Assembly (NCBI GenBank): GCA_030019435.1
Contig: JASEEV010000001.1
Span: 28,064 to 92,063 of the forward strand
Direction: 5' to 3'
Source: Methanocellales archaeon
GTDB taxonomy: Archaea > Halobacteriota > UBA148
DNA length: 64,000 nt
The translations under genes and the position numbers were made by a program. Under the pieces are notes generated by a model, which was not told where the DNA came from, ran no database searches, and was given only the letters and a program-made list of their open reading frames with translations. The stretch's first letter is position 1, and the number at the start of each line of letters is the position of its first letter. Shown piece after piece: positions 42,968 through 52,391 of the stretch.

Positions 42968-43453
42968 ATGAAGAAAAGAGAGCGAAGACCTTGGAAGGAC
43001 ATATTCGGAGACTTGGACGAGGTAATAGAGCGAATGTTTGAGTCCATGGACATGGATGAGATGAGAATTAGACCGTTTGTCTACGGATTCTCGCTAACGC
43101 AACGACCCGGCGAGGAGCCTGAGATTCGAGAGTTCGGAAACATACGCCCATCCACCCGTGGTTTCGAAGTAGGCGAGAGAAAGCCGATCATCGATGTGTT
43201 TGAATCAGAGGATGAAGTTCATGTGGTGGCAGAGATGCCCGGCGTTGAGAAAGAGGATATCAAACTAGATGCAACCGAGACCTCGCTGGAAATTCATGCC
43301 AAGACCGAAAGTAGGGAATACTCCGAGCATGTCGATCTTCCCGTAAGCGTGGACCCAGACAGTGCAAAAGCCAGCTACAAGAATGGCGTTCTAGAGGTAA
43401 CTCTCAAGCAAACCAAGCCCGAAAAAAAGCAGACCTCGGTCAAAGTGGAGTAA
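42968..43453 (+). CDS. hsp20: Small heat shock protein (Hsp20/alpha-crystallin)
   Basis: Alpha-crystallin domain motifs (VDVFESEDEVHVVAEMPGV, LEVTLKQTKPE). Confidence 0.85.
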   Translation: MKKRERRPWKDIFGDLDEVIERMFESMDMDEMRIRPFVYGFSLTQRPGEEPEIREFGNIRPSTRGFEVGERKPIIDVFESEDEVHVVAEMPGVEKEDIKLDATETSLEIHAKTESREYSEHVDLPVSVDPDSAKASYKNGVLEVTLKQTKPEKKQTSVKVE

Positions 43454-43484
43454 ACCTCCACCTTCTTTTTGTATCAAATCCGCA

Positions 43485-44048
43485 CTAGTAGTAGAACTGA
43501 TACAGACCTAGGGGTGAGCCGAGCACAAATAATTTCCTTGGCCTGTGGCTGAGTCGCACAACCTTCTGAAAGAGCTCTACTTCACGGTATCTGTATACCC
43601 TCTTCTTTTCATTCTCCCTGGCGTATATCTTGTGTAGCACCTCGCCCTCATGAAGACCCTTAGCCAACAGCGAGAGAACGACCAACACAACAAGTTCATC
43701 TGCATTCCAATTACTGTAGAGCGTTCCGTTTTGCGAGTAGAGAAAAACGGAGCCAGACATCTTTCCAGGAATCCATCCGCCCGAGGGTTGAAATTTCGTA
43801 TGTCTTATACAGACATCCACATTTGGCAGCTTAGCTAAGATACGTTGCCCTTCTTGAGTTGATGCCCACTCCTCGCTATAATCGACGAAAAAGTACGCTT
43901 CAAAATCACCATCTTTAGTTAGAGCCACGTTCTCCCTGATCAAATCATTAAGCTCATACTTTTCATCCATCCCCACCCAGGAGCAACGAACATTATGTTG
44001 CGTCGCATACTGATTTAATGGAGGAAAGCCTGCAGCTACAACGTCCAA
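43485..44048 (-). CDS. Hypothetical protein (187 aa), last gene of the Roadblock/V4R operon
   Basis: ORF overlapping the upstream gene by 13 nt; no motif recognised. Confidence 0.35.
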   Translation of the reverse strand: MDVVAAGFPPLNQYATQHNVRCSWVGMDEKYELNDLIRENVALTKDGDFEAYFFVDYSEEWASTQEGQRILAKLPNVDVCIRHTKFQPSGGWIPGKMSGSVFLYSQNGTLYSNWNADELVVLVVLSLLAKGLHEGEVLHKIYARENEKKRVYRYREVELFQKVVRLSHRPRKLFVLGSPLGLYQFYY

Positions 44049-44410
44049 GATACGGTCAAACTCTTTTTGACCCTTTCACGATTGTATGAAGTGTGGAGCA
44101 TACAAAGACATGCTTTCGCACCCAAGGCACGCAGCGTGTGGATCAACTCGATGGCATAAAGGATTCCGTCCACACGCTCATCTATACCAGGTTTTGATGT
44201 AAGAGTTGAACGAGTTCCATCCAAAATATCGTATATGGTCAAACCTTCGAGAGCTTTGTATGCCTCTTGTGCGCCAATATCAATATCGACCCCTTCGGAG
44301 AGCATGTTCCAAACGTTATGAAAACATTCTCTTATTACCGATGCTGTGACGAAAAGTTTGTCAAAGTCGTACTTTTTGTTATCCCCTTGAGGCTGTGAAT
44401 CATGATTCAT
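44036..44410 (-). CDS. Hypothetical protein (124 aa)
   Basis: ORF; its start overlaps the upstream gene's stop by 4 nt. Confidence 0.35.
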   Translation of the reverse strand: MNHDSQPQGDNKKYDFDKLFVTASVIRECFHNVWNMLSEGVDIDIGAQEAYKALEGLTIYDILDGTRSTLTSKPGIDERVDGILYAIELIHTLRALGAKACLCMLHTSYNRERVKKSLTVSWTL

Positions 44411-45561
44411 TCTTTCCTGAACACAAACCTACACTCCTTTCCGTCAAATATGTCCGAGATCTTCTCGACTGCATAGCCATGCTTAGAACCAAGCGTTCCT
44501 ATCTGACTCTGGCACATCGCACAACTCGATGCCTTAAAGTGCTCTTCCACTGCCTCTGGTCCGATGAGGAAATGATACTTGTCTCGCTTTTTAGCCATGT
44601 GAAGCATATTCTCAGCCATGAGACATCTGTGTATGGTAAAGCAATCTTTTTGGAAGGTTGCAGGCAAGTCTAAACTAGCTGAGTAGACTGCAAGTAACTT
44701 CTCCAGAGTGCCCATATCTCGTTCATCCCAACCGATGTATAGTGGGGGCATACCACTCAGCGCTATCTCCATGACCGAGGCTCCAACTTCTCGGCAATAG
44801 CGTCCGACTAGTTCCTTCCCAATAATCGCCGAGGCGTTCACGATGATGGCACTAGTCAGAGTCCCCAAGACATCGTTTGCTGCCCCTACTGCATAGTCGA
44901 TGAATGCTTTGCATTGCTCTTCCTCATCCAAATATTCTTTGCCACCGACCAAACTGGCTAGGCCAGCTATTTCGTGCATTAATTTTGGGAGAAGCTCTTG
45001 GTTTTTGATCAGGTGCTTCATTACTTGCTCTGCGCTAATGGTCTTTGCTATGTGATAGTCGACACCCAACTGTTCCTTTCCCTCATGGAACTGATAGGTG
45101 CACTTTTCACCACCAGTGAGTACGTAGCTTGTTCTCTCAACCGCTCCGCTGGAGAAGTAGTTTGTCCACCCCACTGTGTAGCCCCTGCAAATTTCGCAGA
45201 TCAGCTCTGACCCAGATTGCAGGACGAACAAGCCGTAGGGGCACATCAAAGTGTCCCAGGAGTATTTACCACGTTTTTTATACGCTTGGGAGGGGTTTCT
45301 GATCAGAGTGCTGTTGATCTTCACGAAGTATGGAATTCCGTCTTCATCCTCAGGTATGCCAAAGTCTCTTACATACTTCTCTGCCGCATGCAAAGCCGGT
45401 CCCCTACTACACAGAAATAAAGGTGCAACCGCACCGGTCATGGTAAGCTTGGCCCCAAAAGACGCCAGATTATTTCCCCTGATCAACACTGCATGCTTCC
45501 AGGCGTCTTCTCGAGAATATCCAATTTCAGATGCAAGTCCCCTCAGATCATCTTTTCTCAT
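44407..45561 (-). CDS. V4R-domain-containing protein (384 aa, Cys-rich)
   Basis: ELICEICRGYTVGW ... GGEKCTYQF matches the V4R (4-vinyl reductase) CxxxxGxxxG / GxxxCxF pattern. Additional CPYG and CAMC motifs. Confidence 0.45.
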   Translation of the reverse strand: MRKDDLRGLASEIGYSREDAWKHAVLIRGNNLASFGAKLTMTGAVAPLFLCSRGPALHAAEKYVRDFGIPEDEDGIPYFVKINSTLIRNPSQAYKKRGKYSWDTLMCPYGLFVLQSGSELICEICRGYTVGWTNYFSSGAVERTSYVLTGGEKCTYQFHEGKEQLGVDYHIAKTISAEQVMKHLIKNQELLPKLMHEIAGLASLVGGKEYLDEEEQCKAFIDYAVGAANDVLGTLTSAIIVNASAIIGKELVGRYCREVGASVMEIALSGMPPLYIGWDERDMGTLEKLLAVYSASLDLPATFQKDCFTIHRCLMAENMLHMAKKRDKYHFLIGPEAVEEHFKASSCAMCQSQIGTLGSKHGYAVEKISDIFDGKECRFVFRKE

Positions 45562-45570
45562 TTCTTCGCC

Positions 45571-45942
45571 TCACAGCACCTCTTTGATTTTCTCAGCAGC
45601 TTTCCCCATCTCCACGAGGTGCAGACCGAGTCTAGCATAAGGACTTATTATCGCTATGAGCAGTGCCTTGGATCCAGCACCAGTTGTGATCACCTTGCCC
45701 TCCTTGGATTCCACGATGACCCGATCTGGAATCTCCCCCAGCTCGCTGATGGCAGTTTCTGCTGCGCCTAGCATCGTCGCATTCATAGCCGCAAAGGTCT
45801 CTGCACGTGTCCCAGGGGGAACATCAGAAGCCATGATCAGCCCGTCTCGTGAGATGAGCGCAGATGCTCTGATGCCCCCAACTTGTTTTAGATCGCTCAG
45901 CACTTTGTTTAGCATCTCTGCGGTTGTCGACATTTTATTCAC
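45571..45942 (-). CDS. Roadblock/LC7 (MglB-like) domain protein
   Basis: 123 aa with the Roadblock core (GIRASALISRDGLIMASD). Confidence 0.75.
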   Translation of the reverse strand: MNKMSTTAEMLNKVLSDLKQVGGIRASALISRDGLIMASDVPPGTRAETFAAMNATMLGAAETAISELGEIPDRVIVESKEGKVITTGAGSKALLIAIISPYARLGLHLVEMGKAAEKIKEVL

Positions 45943-46139
45943 TCATGTAGATCACTTTCGCCTTGGAACGAAATTGTGTGTTATAATGTAGCTCATTCTA
46001 AGATTTTTCTTATTTATAGGCTTCGCTTTACAAATAAAAGAAAGGGAGACTATATGTATTGTGGTATGTCATAGCCTAACTCCATCAATTATTTAAAAGA
46101 CTAACAGTTAATTCAGGGTAAGAGTAAAACGACGAAAAT

Positions 46140-46340
46140 ATGGTCACAAACATGAAAAAGAAATTTAAGATACTTGGAAGCGCTAAGGTTAGCACGAGAT
46201 ACCAACTGGTAATTCCAAAGGATATAAGAGAAAGGATAGACTTAGACAAGCGTGGCACGGTCATTTTTCTAGAAGACGAAAAGGGAAATATCATCATAAA
46301 TAAAAGTCCTCTGAACGTTGTTATAGAAAAGGAAGATTAA
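46140..46340 (+). CDS. AbrB/SpoVT-family small DNA-binding protein (solo)
   Basis: YQLVIPKDIRERIDLDKRGTVIF swapped-hairpin motif; 66 aa; AT-rich surroundings. Confidence 0.55.
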   Translation: MVTNMKKKFKILGSAKVSTRYQLVIPKDIRERIDLDKRGTVIFLEDEKGNIIINKSPLNVVIEKED

Positions 46341-46394
46341 GATTCTCCTGCCTAAACCCCTTCTTTTTACAAGTAGTACCACCATGCTCGGTAA

Positions 46395-46592
46395 TAGCGG
46401 GGAGTGGATTTGAACCACTGATCTACGGGTCTCTCACCGAGGAAAACGTAGTTTTCCGATGACCCTTTTTCTTGGGGGTTTCGAGAAGACAGAAACCTTT
46501 AGGTTTCTAGGCACAGGAAATCTTCGATTTCCGTGGGGCGACGCCCCTTTGGCTATGAGCCCGTCGGGATCTCCTGACTACCCCACCCCGCT
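46395..46592 (-). tRNA. Initiator tRNA-Met (CAU) with an intron of about 123 nt at the canonical position
   Basis: Acceptor AGCGGGG/CCCCGCU with A1:U72, U8, GG in D-loop, anticodon stem ACGGG/CCCGU (three G:C pairs), loop CUCAUA|intron|A, variable AGAUC, T-arm AGUGG-UUCAAAU-CCACU, discriminator A. Intron 46431-46553. Confidence 0.7.
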
Positions 46593-46598
46593 GCAAAA

Positions 46599-46919
46599 TT
46601 ATTTTACTTTCTCTCGCTTGCTCAACGTCGCTTGGATGGCATCCAGCAACTCGTCTTCTGTCTTGCCTTCCGTCTCGATTCCAAGTTCTTCTGCCATCTT
46701 CTTTATCTTGCTCTCCTTTTCCTCTACAGTGGTGCCCTCCAGAGATCGCTCGAGCTTCTTCAGGTCAAGCTCTGCTTCTCTCTGCGCCTTCTTGAACTCG
46801 CCCATCGACTTGCCCATGGATTTCGCTAGTTCTGGCAGTTTTGCCGCTCCAAAGAGCAGGAGTATGACCGCAAATATGAGCAGGATCTCATTCGTTCCTA
46901 GTCCTAACATGTTTATCAC
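46599..46919 (-). CDS. tatA: Sec-independent translocase protein TatA/E
   Basis: N-terminal TM helix plus amphipathic helix ([34 protein letters not shown]). Confidence 0.8.
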   Translation of the reverse strand: MINMLGLGTNEILLIFAVILLLFGAAKLPELAKSMGKSMGEFKKAQREAELDLKKLERSLEGTTVEEKESKIKKMAEELGIETEGKTEDELLDAIQATLSKREKVK

Positions 46920-46945
46920 CTCACATCTTATGTCGATAATGGGAC

Positions 46946-47248
46946 TTAAACGTTCTCCTTAGCTCGCTTGCTCAACTCTTTTTGAATCTCATCCAACAGC
47001 TCGTCTTCTGTCTTGCCTTTGGTCTCGATTCCAAGTTCTTCTGCCATCCTCCATATTCTATCTGCTTTTTCTTTGTCCGCAGCCTCCTTCGAGCGCTGAA
47101 AGCTCAGTTCGTATTCTGCCTCTCTCTGAGCTTTTTTGAACTCACCCAAAGCTTGACCCATCGACCTAGCTAACTCTGGCAGCTTGTCCGCACCGAATAG
47201 CAACAAAACTACCACGAATATCAGTAGCAGTTCTTGTGACCCGATCAT
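46946..47248 (-). CDS. tatA: Sec-independent translocase protein TatA/E (tandem paralog)
   Basis: [35 protein letters not shown]; long nucleotide identity with the neighbouring copy. Confidence 0.8.
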   Translation of the reverse strand: MIGSQELLLIFVVVLLLFGADKLPELARSMGQALGEFKKAQREAEYELSFQRSKEAADKEKADRIWRMAEELGIETKGKTEDELLDEIQKELSKRAKENV

Positions 47249-47273
47249 CGAACATTATATTGCCGCTTTGGAC

Positions 47274-48608
47274 TTAAGGATTTTTGCCCAAAATGAATTC
47301 CATGACCTTGCGCTTCTTTTCCCTTGCCCTCTCTGCTGCCTCATCCACTTTGGTTTGCATCTGAGAGAGCTTAACACCAGGAAATTCGCCCACAACCTTC
47401 TTGATGGGCGTGTACGCGGACTCTCTGAACTTTGGAGTTAATTCATGGCGCTTACCATTTTTGATGAGCACGGCACCAGATCCCTTTTCGATGTGTCCAA
47501 CTGGTGCTATCGAAATGCCGTGCTTGCGCAGCACTTTCAGCACATCTTCTGCCACATTTTGAGGTGTAATGATCAGAAGCGCATCCAATGAAACGCCTAG
47601 ATAATCGATGTCCAACTCATCCAGCATGCTGAGCACAGTTGGATTGACCAATGAGCGGATTTTCTCCTCAACAAAAACGAGTTTTACTCCAGCGATCTTC
47701 GAGATCTCGGTTGCATCGCCTCTAATACCGCCATTGGTGATATCGGTCATCGCATGTATCTTGCCCACCATCTCGCTATCGAACAACACCTTGCATGCAT
47801 CCAAAAACCTCGTATTTATGGTTTCCCTAACGACGTTTGGCTTCCCAAAATAAAGGGCAGTTGTAGATATCGTTCCACCACCAGCTCCCTCTGTCATCAA
47901 GATTATGTCATTGGGCTGTGCACCTTTCCGAGCGGTCAGCACAGATGCAATGCCCACCGCGCCAACACACCCAGTCATTCTATCGCCAATAACCATGTCT
48001 CCTCCAATGCGGAGTGTGCTTCCCGTGACCAGTGGGACGCCGACGAGCTCTGATACAGCAGCGATGCCAGCAGTGTAATCGAATATCTTGGCAACATCTC
48101 CATCATCCGCCAAATGAACGTCAGAAAAAAGTGCAACAGGGCGGGCGCCCATGACATAGATATCACGCAGTGCAGCCCTGGTCACATGAAATCCTGCCAG
48201 AAACGGGAAATCACTTAAGCGAGAGTGCATTCCATCGACCGTCACCACAACATATTTGCCATCGACAGAAACGACACCGGAATCATCCAGTTGGGTGGAG
48301 TCGATCAAAGCACTTGTATCTCCGATGATCTCAGCAATTTTTTGATGAGCGTAAAAATCTCCATGGCCACGTGAACCAATGCCGAACTCCCCCATCGTAA
48401 CACCTGAGGCTAAGAATGATATTAGGTCATCATCAGGATGCAACGTTGCCTTTGCTTCCTCCAGAACGGCTTTAGCAAGGATATGGGCTTTGCTCCTAGA
48501 TATGCTCTTGATATCGAGAATGCGGTCTGTTAACTTGCGCACGATCGTATCATGGTCCTCACCCCTGCGCAGAGCGCGCTTGACATAGCCCTCAAGATCC
48601 ATCAACAC
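47274..48608 (-). CDS. AIR-synthase-related (PurM/HypE/ThiL superfamily) protein with N-terminal extension of about 95 aa
   Basis: PurM-like N-domain (DDSGVV..., GMHS) and C-domain; 444 aa. Divergent from the hydrogenase operon, so a maturation role (HypE-like) is possible but unproven. Confidence 0.55.
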   Translation of the reverse strand: MLMDLEGYVKRALRRGEDHDTIVRKLTDRILDIKSISRSKAHILAKAVLEEAKATLHPDDDLISFLASGVTMGEFGIGSRGHGDFYAHQKIAEIIGDTSALIDSTQLDDSGVVSVDGKYVVVTVDGMHSRLSDFPFLAGFHVTRAALRDIYVMGARPVALFSDVHLADDGDVAKIFDYTAGIAAVSELVGVPLVTGSTLRIGGDMVIGDRMTGCVGAVGIASVLTARKGAQPNDIILMTEGAGGGTISTTALYFGKPNVVRETINTRFLDACKVLFDSEMVGKIHAMTDITNGGIRGDATEISKIAGVKLVFVEEKIRSLVNPTVLSMLDELDIDYLGVSLDALLIITPQNVAEDVLKVLRKHGISIAPVGHIEKGSGAVLIKNGKRHELTPKFRESAYTPIKKVVGEFPGVKLSQMQTKVDEAAERAREKKRKVMEFILGKNP

Positions 48609-48890
48609 ACCTTCGTTTTTGGAACCCCCAAGTCCTTTTTGTGCACTAATGTAAACTGTGATTCACCTATATATGTTGTTATTAATTGACAGGCGCTGTT
48701 CAGTTAGGGGGCATCTTAAGATAGAATAAGCTCTATTGTGGGCGTTTAGTGATTGTCTATTTCGCTTAACTGAACACTACCAATTGACAAACAGGGTAAC
48801 ATTTTATCCATATCTAATGTGTGTGGCTCCTTGGTTGATCTGGATTACCATCTCGAAAAAACGTACCGCATGCTGTTTGGGGAGGGTGAA

Positions 48891-50000
48891 ATGAAATTCG
48901 AAAATTTGGACATATTGAAGTTGGATAGAAGGACGTTCCTCAAAGTGGCTGCAGCCATGGGCGCATCCGCTTTTCTGGGAACGTACAAGGCAGACATCGT
49001 CAGAGCGATCGCAGAGGCTGACCGAAACATCGTATGGTTGCATGGTTCGGAATGCACAGGATGCAGCATCTCGTTTTTGAACGCAGAACATCCAGACGTC
49101 ATTCAAGCAGTGACAAAGCTGAACGTCATGATCCAGTATCACGAGACCATAATGGCGCAGCAAGGTCTTTTTGTTGACGGAGCTGCGGTGAAGGATGCAG
49201 CGCTGAACGCAAACTATGCACTGGAACATTTTCTGGACAGTGGCAAGCCATTTATCCTCGTAGTAGAGGGCTGCGTTCCACAAGGTCCAGAGGGGACAGG
49301 GGACTACTGTAAAATCGCAGGAAAACCGTTCTTGGACGAGGTTAAACATGCGGCAGAAAAAGCGCTAATCACGGTAGCCATCGGCACCTGTGCCGCATAT
49401 GGGGGCATTCCTGCGACGCCGCCAAATCCAACCGATGCAGCAGGACTGCAATTCTTGAAGACCACGAAGGGAGGAGTCCTTGGAGCAGGTTACAAGTCAA
49501 AAGCAGGTCTACCAGTGATCAACATTCCAGGCTGCCCGGCACATCCAGACTGGGTGCTACTGACATTGGCAGCAGCCATTCTCGAGAAGGTTCCAGCCGA
49601 CTTTCTGGACAAATATCAGAGACCGAAACCATTCTTCCCACCAGCCTACACCATACACGAGAACTGTCCGAGAAGGGGATTCTACGATAGAGGCGAGTTG
49701 GACACCGAATATGCGGGCGGCAAATGTCTCTGGAAGCTTGGCTGTCGAGCACCAGTAACTCATTCGGACTGCCCACTCAGACTTTGGAACGATGGACATA
49801 ACATGTGCACGCAAGCAGGTGCACCTTGTATAGGATGCGTCGAGCCGATGTTCCCAGATGGGACACTCGCAGAGGAGATCGAGAAGATACCAACGCTCGT
49901 AGGCGTGGACATAAACACCATAGCCAAAGTGGCTGTCGGAGCCGCCGCGATAGGCGTTGGAGCGCATGCGGTGCGCAGAATAGCCATGAAGGAGGAATAG
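48891..50000 (+). CDS. vhoG: [NiFe] hydrogenase small subunit with Tat signal (Vho/Vht G-type)
   Basis: Start MKFENL preceded by a GGAGGGTGA RBS. Twin-arginine signal RRTFLKVAAAMGASAFLG. Fe-S Cys ligands throughout. Confidence 0.85.
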   Translation: MKFENLDILKLDRRTFLKVAAAMGASAFLGTYKADIVRAIAEADRNIVWLHGSECTGCSISFLNAEHPDVIQAVTKLNVMIQYHETIMAQQGLFVDGAAVKDAALNANYALEHFLDSGKPFILVVEGCVPQGPEGTGDYCKIAGKPFLDEVKHAAEKALITVAIGTCAAYGGIPATPPNPTDAAGLQFLKTTKGGVLGAGYKSKAGLPVINIPGCPAHPDWVLLTLAAAILEKVPADFLDKYQRPKPFFPPAYTIHENCPRRGFYDRGELDTEYAGGKCLWKLGCRAPVTHSDCPLRLWNDGHNMCTQAGAPCIGCVEPMFPDGTLAEEIEKIPTLVGVDINTIAKVAVGAAAIGVGAHAVRRIAMKEE

Positions 50001-50004
50001 AGAT

Positions 50005-51633
50005 ATGCCAAAAGTCGTTATCGATCCGTTAACCAGAATCGAGGGACATCTGAGATTCGAGGCAGATGTCGCGGGAGGAAAGGTAACCGATACACATTCT
50101 TCCGGTCAACTCTTCAGGGGATTCGAGAGAATCTTGCAGGGCAGACATCCCTATGATGCACACATGTTCACGCAACGATTCTGCGGCGTTTGTCCAGTAG
50201 CACATGCGACGGCATCCATTCGTGCCTTGGACACGGCATATGGTCTCTCCACTGTGGACATACCAGAGAATGCAAGGCTGATCCGAAATCTGATCGTGGC
50301 TGCAAACACGATAATGAGCCATGCCACACACTTCTATGCACTTTGGGCACCGGACCTGGTCAATCCACTCTACAAAACTGTGTTAGAGGAGAAGGCAGGA
50401 GAAACTGGAGCGGCAATATACAAAGAGCTAGCAGCTAGGCTTACGCCACTTGCGGGTACATCATGGATAAGAGCAGTCCAAACGAGAAAGATTCTGCACA
50501 AGGTAATCGCCATTCTGGGCGGCAAGATGCCCCGCCACATGACATTCGTGCCAGGTGGGGTTACAGTGACGCCTACAATAGGAGATATCGCAAAGATATA
50601 CTCGTTCTGGTTGCAGGGAAAGGACTTCGTCGAGCAACAAGTGCTTGGCATATCAGTTGAGGACTGGCTCAAGACTGAAACAATCGGCGATGTTGCAAAC
50701 TATCTAGCCATGTTTGATGACAAGCCGCTTTCAGAAGTGCCAGACATATATCTGCTGATCAAATTCGGTGCGAAGGGAATTGCGGAGAACATGTACGACC
50801 TGCCAGTAAGCCTTGCACTCGACACATATGGTGGCTATAGAGGCGATGAGCCGATAGGATTTTTATCCTATGGCGTGTACTATGAAGGAGACGACTGGGG
50901 ATGGCTCAAGTCTGGCTTCACTGATGGGGTGACGCTAGCCAAGGAAGCATTCGATCCGAACAAAGTCACAGAGCACATCCAGCACTCTTGGTTTGAGGGA
51001 TATTCTGGTGGCAGGCATCCATACGAAGGAATGACCAATCCGAAGTATGCGCCTGGGACAGAGAAGTATTCATGGCTAAAAGCACCAAGGTATGACAACA
51101 AGCCAGCCGAAGTAGGACCGCTAGCAAGAATGATCAACGATCAAGACCCGCTTGTGATGGCGCTGGCAACCGCATTTGGGGCAAATGTGTACACGAGGAC
51201 ATTGGCAAGATTGCATGAAACCGTGCGAGTGTTCGCCAAGATGACAGAATGGGCTTTTGCCCTGATCGACAACATCAATGCAGGCTACACGAAACCATCC
51301 GACTTCTGCAATACTACGCCGGTTCCGAAGACCGGAGACGGTTACGGGCTGACGGAAGCGCCGAGAGGCGCACTTGGACACTGGATCAAGATCAGAGATG
51401 GCAAGATCGCCAACTATCAAGCAGTGGTTTCAACGACATGGAACTGCTCTCCACGTTGCGCGAACGGCTATCGTGGACCTGCAGAACAGGCAGCTCTTGA
51501 TACGCCAACCCCTGTGGCTAGCAATCCGGTCCAACTCGGATCCGTTGTTCGTTCGTTCGACCCATGCACCGCCTGTGCAGTGCACACGATTGACAAGAAG
51601 ACCAACAAGAAATACGAGCTCAGGCTGCTCTAG
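50005..51633 (+). CDS. vhoA: [NiFe] hydrogenase large subunit (group 1, membrane-bound type)
   Basis: N-terminal RIEGHLRFE...CGVC and C-terminal DPCTACAVH Ni-binding motifs, with a cleavable C-terminal extension. Confidence 0.9.
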   Translation: MPKVVIDPLTRIEGHLRFEADVAGGKVTDTHSSGQLFRGFERILQGRHPYDAHMFTQRFCGVCPVAHATASIRALDTAYGLSTVDIPENARLIRNLIVAANTIMSHATHFYALWAPDLVNPLYKTVLEEKAGETGAAIYKELAARLTPLAGTSWIRAVQTRKILHKVIAILGGKMPRHMTFVPGGVTVTPTIGDIAKIYSFWLQGKDFVEQQVLGISVEDWLKTETIGDVANYLAMFDDKPLSEVPDIYLLIKFGAKGIAENMYDLPVSLALDTYGGYRGDEPIGFLSYGVYYEGDDWGWLKSGFTDGVTLAKEAFDPNKVTEHIQHSWFEGYSGGRHPYEGMTNPKYAPGTEKYSWLKAPRYDNKPAEVGPLARMINDQDPLVMALATAFGANVYTRTLARLHETVRVFAKMTEWAFALIDNINAGYTKPSDFCNTTPVPKTGDGYGLTEAPRGALGHWIKIRDGKIANYQAVVSTTWNCSPRCANGYRGPAEQAALDTPTPVASNPVQLGSVVRSFDPCTACAVHTIDKKTNKKYELRLL

Positions 51634-51641
51634 GTGGTACC

Positions 51642-52391
51642 ATGGCTGAGCAAATAGCAGAGAGATGGAACAAGCCGATGATGGCGATGCACTGGATACA
51701 CATGGTCACATGTCTGATACTGATCGTCACAGGCTTCAGAATCTACTTGGGCTGGGGGTTTCCCCCCTCCTATTCGCAGGCAAGAGCTTTGCACATGGTT
51801 GCAGTGTGTGGATTTCTGGTAGCAAACTGCATACTTCTTCCATACGGCATGATTCTGGAAGCTCTAGAGGGCATCAAGCACTACGGCACCAAGGACGGAA
51901 TCAAGCACTTCATGAAGGCGAATCTGTTTGGTAGGGAGGATGCACGTCGATTAAAGGCAATCTTGCTCAACTTCTTTGGAAAGCAAAAGGAATATCCAGC
52001 GCTCACCATCTATGACGAAAAGGCAGGACTCTATGTGAACAGAAGCCATCCAATCACGAAGATACTGATACCACTAGAGGGAATCGCACTCGTCCTCATC
52101 ACGCTGACTGGCATCGTCATGTACGATCTCAACTGGAGCATCCTAGGACTCAACATAGGCGCAGCCATAACGGGCGTTGCGACATGGATCGGCGCACCGT
52201 TCGGATTAGGTGCGATGGTCCTCAGCAGAACGCTGCATCTCGGCATGTGTTACTACTTCATCTTCGACCTGTTCATACATGTCGGCATTCTGCAGTTGGA
52301 TCTGAGAGTCAAACAGGCATGGAAGGCAATGTTCCTCACTGGCAAGGAAGATCTTAGTGCTTCACCATACGCAAAAATCATAAAAAAATAG
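51642..52391 (+). CDS. vhoC: Ni/Fe-hydrogenase b-type cytochrome subunit
   Basis: Five TM helices with conserved His; 249 aa; directly downstream of the large subunit. Confidence 0.8.
   Translation: MAEQIAERWNKPMMAMHWIHMVTCLILIVTGFRIYLGWGFPPSYSQARALHMVAVCGFLVANCILLPYGMILEALEGIKHYGTKDGIKHFMKANLFGREDARRLKAILLNFFGKQKEYPALTIYDEKAGLYVNRSHPITKILIPLEGIALVLITLTGIVMYDLNWSILGLNIGAAITGVATWIGAPFGLGAMVLSRTLHLGMCYYFIFDLFIHVGILQLDLRVKQAWKAMFLTGKEDLSASPYAKIIKK

Noticed and set aside
44036-44048. 13-nt overlap of the 124-aa and 187-aa ORFs read as a frameshifted single gene
   Set aside because: An overlap of 3n+1 nt between a stop and a start in different frames is also compatible with genuine translational coupling. 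No cross-frame sequence continuity of a recognisable domain was seen, so they are kept as two genes.
46459-46962. 167-aa plus-strand ORF spanning the tRNAi-Met intron and the first tatA
   Set aside because: It overlaps a confidently folded tRNA and is antisense to tatA; the low-complexity Ser/Pro-rich translation marks it as spurious.
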